Positions 56,999 to 64,000 of a stretch of 64,000 nt of DNA are shown in pieces. How positions within the stretch are numbered: position 1 is the first letter of the stretch; every line of letters starts with the position of its first letter. The stretch lies in assembly GCA_030430565.1 (NCBI GenBank), contig JAUIKS010000004.1, positions 333,992-397,991 of the forward strand, given 5' to 3'. The DNA is from Polyangia bacterium. GTDB lineage: Bacteria > Myxococcota_A > Polyangia > Nannocystales > Nannocystaceae. A program made the translations under genes and the position numbers. The notes under the pieces are model-generated. The model was not told where the DNA came from and searched no databases. It saw only the letters and a list, made by a program, of their open reading frames with translations.

Positions 56999-57970
56999 CT
57001 AGACCTCTCCGCGGATGAAGCGGCGTCCGAAGCGGAACAGCGAGCGCACGGCGATGCCCGCCATGTCGCGCTTCTCAAGGGTCGGGCGGTAGTCGAGGAC
57101 CTTGTAGTCGTGGTCCTCGATGCGCTGGAGGATCGCCATGCCGCCGCCCCAGATGGTGTCGAGCTCCATCGAGAGGCCGGGCGAGACCTGGCGGATCAGC
57201 GGGCGGCCGCGCAGGAACATCGCGCGGGCGCGGGCGATCGAGAACGCCATGAGGTCGCGGAAGTTGCGGGTGTGTCGGCGCGCGAGCAGGTCCTCGCGGC
57301 TGACGTTGAAGTGCACCAGGTCCTCCTCGGGGAGGTAGCAGCGGCCGCGCGGGATATCGACCGAGATGTCCTGCAGGAAGTTGGCGATCTGCAGCGCGGC
57401 GCAGATCTCGTCGCTGAAGCGGTGCAGGTCGGGCGCGTGGTGGCCGTGCACGTAGAGCACGAGGCGACCGACGGGGTGCGCGGAGTGCCGGCAGTAGTGG
57501 CGGATCTCCTGGAACGTCCCGTAGCGCTGCTTGGTGAGATCCATGCGGAAGGCGGTCAGCAGGTCCTTCAGCGGGCCGACGGGGATGTTGTGGCGGCGCA
57601 CGGTGTCGCGCAGCGCGAGGAACACGGGGTGCTCGACCTCGCGGTGGTAGCAGGCCTCGAGCAGGGTCTCCCAGCGGGTCAGCGCCTCGACGCGGCGGCC
57701 CTCGTAGCGCGGCTCGTCGGCGAAGTCGTCGGCCGTGCGCGCGAACGCGTAGATCGCCATGACGTTGCCGCGCAGGTGGGCGGGCATAAACCGCGAGGCG
57801 ACCGGGAAGTTCTCGTAGTGGGTCGTGGCCAGGCGCTCGCAGTAGCGGTAGGCGCTGGGGAGCGACCAGGGTCCGGGAGGAGCTCCGTCGGGCGGGGTGT
57901 AGTCCTCGGCGCGCTCGTCGCTCGCGGGGGGCGGGACGCAAAATAGCCGGGGTTCGGTCGCGTTTACCAT
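56999..57970 (-). CDS. hpnC: Hydroxysqualene synthase (squalene/phytoene synthase family)
   Basis: HYENFPVASR motif, ARTADDFADE and FLQDISVDIPRGRCYLP. Confidence 0.8.
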   Translation of the reverse strand: MVNATEPRLFCVPPPASDERAEDYTPPDGAPPGPWSLPSAYRYCERLATTHYENFPVASRFMPAHLRGNVMAIYAFARTADDFADEPRYEGRRVEALTRWETLLEACYHREVEHPVFLALRDTVRRHNIPVGPLKDLLTAFRMDLTKQRYGTFQEIRHYCRHSAHPVGRLVLYVHGHHAPDLHRFSDEICAALQIANFLQDISVDIPRGRCYLPEEDLVHFNVSREDLLARRHTRNFRDLMAFSIARARAMFLRGRPLIRQVSPGLSMELDTIWGGGMAILQRIEDHDYKVLDYRPTLEKRDMAGIAVRSLFRFGRRFIRGEV

Positions 57971-58139
57971 GTCGTCGTAGCTCCGGATCGGGAGTCGTAA
58001 AAGCCAGGTCTAGTAGGGGCGGGCGCGGGCCTCGTGTCGTCAAACCGAGGTGCAGCAGCGCGCGCGCGCCCCGAGTGTCGGTGCATCGTACTCGTTCTGT
58101 CCAGCTTTGCTGTGATGGACGCCTCTCGACGGGATTCGA

Positions 58140-60442
<2,303 letters not shown>

Positions 60443-60446
<4 letters not shown>

Positions 60447-61510
60447 AGCTCGACCTCCACGGTCGCGTCGGGCCCGGGCGCGACGCGGTCGATCCCGAGG
60501 ACGCCCGGGACCGCCGCCAAAGACTCGCTGAGCGCGGTCGCGGTCTCGGCCCGGCACAGCACCTTCACATGGGGCCCCGCGTCGCTGGTCGCGTAGCCCT
60601 CGAGGCCGCGCGCGCGCGCCTCCCACAGCGCGCGGATGACCTCGAGCGTGGTCCCGTTCCAGTAGAGGATCGGCGGGCGCGTGGCCAGCATGCAGGCGTG
60701 CATCTTGAAGCAGCTGTGCTCGACGATGTCCCCGAGCGCGGCCAGATCGCGTCGCCCCAGCGCCGCCTCGGCGGCGTCGAGATCGGCCTCGGAGTGGTCG
60801 ACCCACGGGGCGTAGTAGGGCGAGGTCTCGCGGCTGCGGTTCATGCCGTCGGTCGAGCCAACGGGCTTTTTGCCCTTGGCCGTGTGCACCACCAACAGCT
60901 CCAGATCCCAGTGGTCGCGGGCGAACAGGGGGCGCGCCCGGCAGTCCGAGCCGTCATCGTGGGTCCCGCGATCGAGGCGGACGAAGCCGCCCCACAATGA
61001 GCGCGCGGCCGAGCCGGAGCCCCGCCGCGCCAGGGCCGAGAGCGGGCCATAGACCTCGCGGGGCGCGGACAGGCCGTCGAAGCAGGTCGTCAACGCGGCG
61101 CTCGCGGCCAGGGTGAGCGCGGCGAAGCCGGAGGCCGAGCTGGCGAGACCGGCAGCCGTCGGCACGTGGTTGCGCGAGCGGATGTACAGCGTCGGCCGCG
61201 GCCGGCTCTCGGGGGCGCCGAACGCTCGCCACACCCGATCGAGGTGCTGGATCGATCGGCTCCGCGCCGGGCCGGTGATGGTCTCGCCGTCGAGGACAAA
61301 TTGATCGCCGGCGTCGGACGGGCCGACCTCGGTCTCGGTCCGGAGCTCGCCCAGGGTCATGGACAGGGAGCCGACCGCCGGGAGGTTGAGATCGGGGAGA
61401 GCGCCCGGCCGCTTGCCCCAGTACTTCACCAGCGCGATGTTCGCGTGCGCGACGGACCGCGCGACGCGCGGCGAGCTTCGGAGTTGTCCCAACTTCGACA
61501 GAGCGTTCAT
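60443..61510 (-). CDS. mvaD: Diphosphomevalonate decarboxylase
   Basis: NIALVKYWGKR and AAGLASSASGFAAL. Confidence 0.85.
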
Positions 61511-61513
61511 GGT

Positions 61514-62437
61514 CTAGCGCACCTCCACGAAGAGCGGCTCGATTCCGCGCGCGCGAACGGCCTCGACAACCGGCGCTGGTGACGCGGGGGGGATGGCGAT
61601 CAGGCAGCCACCGCCGCCTGCGCCCGTCAGTTTTGCGCCGAGCGCGCCGGCGGCGAGAACCTCGGCGTGCAGGGCGTCGAGCGCCGCGCACGAGACATCG
61701 AGGCTCGAGAGGAGTTCATGCGTCACTGTAAAGATCTCACCCAGCTGTTTGAAATTACAGGACTCGATCGACTCGATCGCGGCGTCTGCCGCGTGTCCGA
61801 TCGCGCTCAGGACCGGGCGGATGACCGAGGGCATTGTCTCAAGTCGGGCCCGGACCTTGGCGACCTGCGCGGCGGTCGACCGGGGGATGCCGGTGGGGAT
61901 GACGAGCAGCGGAATCGGCGCCTTGAGCGCGATGTTCCGCGCGGGGTGGCCCTTGGTGAAGCGTACGACGCCGCCGGTGGTCGCCACGAGGTTGTCGATA
62001 CCGGACGGGTTGCCGTGAAACACGCGCTCGCCGGCGAGCGCGGCCGCGACGGTCTCATTTGTCTCGGCCTGGTCACCGAGCGCGAGGCGCGCGAGCGCGA
62101 CCGAGAGCGCCGCCGAGGATCCGCAGCCCGCGCGGCATGGGAGGCGCGACCGTCCCGTGATCGTCCAGCCGGTGAGCGGGCCGTCGCAGAAGCCGAGGAC
62201 CTCGAGGGTCGCCCGCGCGACCGGGTGCTCGCTCTCCGGTGTCAGGACGAGGTCGATGTCCCAGTCGGCGATGGTCAGCCGCGAGGGCGCGGCCGGGTCG
62301 GGCAGGGGCGCGGCGTCGAGGTGCAGGCCGTCCGGAAGACCGGCAGCCAGCGCGGGCTGCCCGTAGACCACCGCGTGCTCGCCGACGAGGATGACCTTGC
62401 CGCTGGCGGTCGCGTGGCTGTGAAGTCGCAGGCTCAT
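61514..62437 (-). CDS. mvk: Mevalonate kinase
   Basis: GKVILVGEHAVVYG, GSSAA and KLTGAGGGG are the GHMP kinase motifs. Confidence 0.85.
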   Translation of the reverse strand: MSLRLHSHATASGKVILVGEHAVVYGQPALAAGLPDGLHLDAAPLPDPAAPSRLTIADWDIDLVLTPESEHPVARATLEVLGFCDGPLTGWTITGRSRLPCRAGCGSSAALSVALARLALGDQAETNETVAAALAGERVFHGNPSGIDNLVATTGGVVRFTKGHPARNIALKAPIPLLVIPTGIPRSTAAQVAKVRARLETMPSVIRPVLSAIGHAADAAIESIESCNFKQLGEIFTVTHELLSSLDVSCAALDALHAEVLAAGALGAKLTGAGGGGCLIAIPPASPAPVVEAVRARGIEPLFVEVR

Positions 62438-62471
62438 GATCCGAGGGGGTGCGGCGGCGTACTTCGCGGGC

Positions 62472-63521
62472 CTAGGGACGCCAACGCTCGAGCGTCGGGC
62501 CGAGCACCCGGGGGCAGCGGCGCAGATCCTCGATGGTGCGCGAGCCGGTCAACAACATGATGCTGCGCACGGTCTGGACGACGCGTTGTAAGAACGCGCG
62601 CGCCCCCTCGAAGCCGCCGGCGCGGTGGGCCTTGAGCACGGGCGACGCCAGGCCGCCGGCGCTCGCGCCGAGCGCGACCGCGCGCGCCACGTCGGAGCCG
62701 GTCCGCAGCCCGCCGGTGGCGATGATCTGCAGCCCCAGGCCCTCGAGCTGCAGGACCGAGGCGGCGGTCGGGATGCCCCAGTCCCAGAGCTCCTCGGCGA
62801 TGTGCCGGGCGACATCGGTGTCGGCGCGGTGGGCCTCGACGGCGACCCAGCTGGTCCCGCCCGCGCCGCTGACGTCGACGTGCTTGATCCCGCACGACAC
62901 GAGCAGCTCGCCCACGCCCCGCGACAGCCCGCAGCCGGTCTCCTTGGCGACCACGGGGATCGGCAGCTCGGCGACCAAGCGGCGCAGCACCTCGGCGCCG
63001 CCCGTGAAGTCCCGGTCGCCGCCGGGCTGGACGATCTCCATGGCCGGGTTGAGGTGGATGCAGAGCGCGTCCGCACCTGTCTCCGTGCACAGATCCTGGA
63101 TCTGCCGGGTGGTCATCTGCCGGGCCTGGACCAGGCCGAGGTTCCCCATCAGCAGCACGTTGGGCGCGTGCTCCCGGACCTTAAACGTCCAGGCGGTGTC
63201 CGGTCGTTCGAACATCGCGCGCTGGCTGCCGAGGCCGAAGCCGAGCCCCAGCTCATCGGCCGCGCGCGCGAGATCCTGGTTGATCTTGGCGGCCTCGTCG
63301 GTCCCGCCCGTCATCGCGGCGACGACCACCGGCGCCGAGAGGCGCTTGCCGAGCAGCGTCACCGAGCTGTCGATCTCGTCGGCGTGGAGCTCCGGGAGCG
63401 CGTTGTGAACCAGCGCGACTTCGTGCAGGAGCGTGGTCTTCTCGCGGAAGCTGACATTGTCACCAGCACACAGGGCCAGGTGGTCCTTCTTGCGCTGCGA
63501 AATGTCGTATCGGTCGGCCAT
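62472..63521 (-). CDS. fni: Type 2 isopentenyl-diphosphate delta-isomerase (FMN-dependent)
   Basis: A TIM-barrel FMN-binding protein with VVAKETGCG and GAGGTSW, in an IDI-2 context. Confidence 0.85.
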   Translation of the reverse strand: MADRYDISQRKKDHLALCAGDNVSFREKTTLLHEVALVHNALPELHADEIDSSVTLLGKRLSAPVVVAAMTGGTDEAAKINQDLARAADELGLGFGLGSQRAMFERPDTAWTFKVREHAPNVLLMGNLGLVQARQMTTRQIQDLCTETGADALCIHLNPAMEIVQPGGDRDFTGGAEVLRRLVAELPIPVVAKETGCGLSRGVGELLVSCGIKHVDVSGAGGTSWVAVEAHRADTDVARHIAEELWDWGIPTAASVLQLEGLGLQIIATGGLRTGSDVARAVALGASAGGLASPVLKAHRAGGFEGARAFLQRVVQTVRSIMLLTGSRTIEDLRRCPRVLGPTLERWRP

Positions 63522-64000
63522 GGGGTCGGAGCATACTGACGCCGCGGGCGATTACCACGGGCCAGATCACGTCGCGCTGGAGTAAATCAGCGATCGGCGA
63601 GATCGCGCGCTCGACGCGGGTGATCTCGACACGCAAACACATCGCGCGTCTCCGCGGGGTGAGCGGCGTGTCCTCCGATGGCGACCTCGGCGAGGAGAAA
63701 GCGCGCTCTCGGGACCAAGAACAGCGATACACGAGCGCGCCCGCGCGTCTTGCGAAAGACCTCCTGAGCCGTCCTGGGAGCGTGTGCGGGCCTTGAGCTC
63801 CGCGCGCGGTTGACGTGGCCGCGGGTGTATATTGGCCGAACCTCTGAAGGAGCGAAGGTTGAACCACGAACCTCCCCAAGGTCTCCCAAGTCCGGTCATA
63901 CAATCGCACACACCTCTGCCTCTCGACCCCTCGCTGGTCGCCAGCGCGCGCTCGCAGGCGCGCCCGCACGCGACGCCTGTTCGCGCCAACCGGGATGATG

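Noticed and set aside
60447-60806. N-terminal 120 aa of the 888-aa ORF (MGRPLRGRSRRRRGG...)
   Set aside because: It overlaps mvaD in another frame and is Arg-rich junk. The real start is the GTG at 60446 coupled to the mvaD stop.
63540-64000. Possible gene upstream of fni
   Set aside because: Only short ORFs with no recognisable features are present. It is probably a promoter or leader region, or a gene truncated by the window end.

Overview
This is a high-GC (about 70%) bacterial chromosomal segment. Eukaryote-like Ser/Thr kinases, many lipobox and Cys-rich exported proteins, a MYXO-CTERM sorting tail and low-complexity acidic/PE/TSSP/GD linkers all point to a myxobacterium (Deltaproteobacteria). 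Most of the window is housekeeping (purM, accD-folC, mazG, phoH, tldD-like, ybeY, rarA, pdxJ, ygfZ, bolA, three tRNAs) mixed with myxobacterial accessory genes (two STPKs, GAF-HD-GYP, DUF3604, C45 peptidase, multicopper oxidase, DsbD-like, secreted proteases). Three things stand out. (1) An exported protein (42230-43285, minus strand) carries at its C-terminus a near-exact copy of the eukaryotic actin subdomain-2 / DNase-I-binding (D-) loop peptide ([20 protein letters not shown]), duplicated in tandem. (2) A minus-strand isoprenoid super-operon runs fni-mvk-mvaD-[phosphomevalonate kinase fused in frame to class II HMG-CoA reductase] and continues into hpnC-hpnD-hpnE, i.e. mevalonate-to-squalene. 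(3) A low-GC, repeat-laden intergenic region (23640-24260) with nested inverted repeats and seven tandem 30/31-bp repeats sits upstream of a MYXO-CTERM metalloprotease-like gene. No CRISPR, rRNA or obvious mobile elements were seen. Start codons are often GTG, and GTGA/ATGA stop-start overlaps are frequent. Start positions are approximate throughout.
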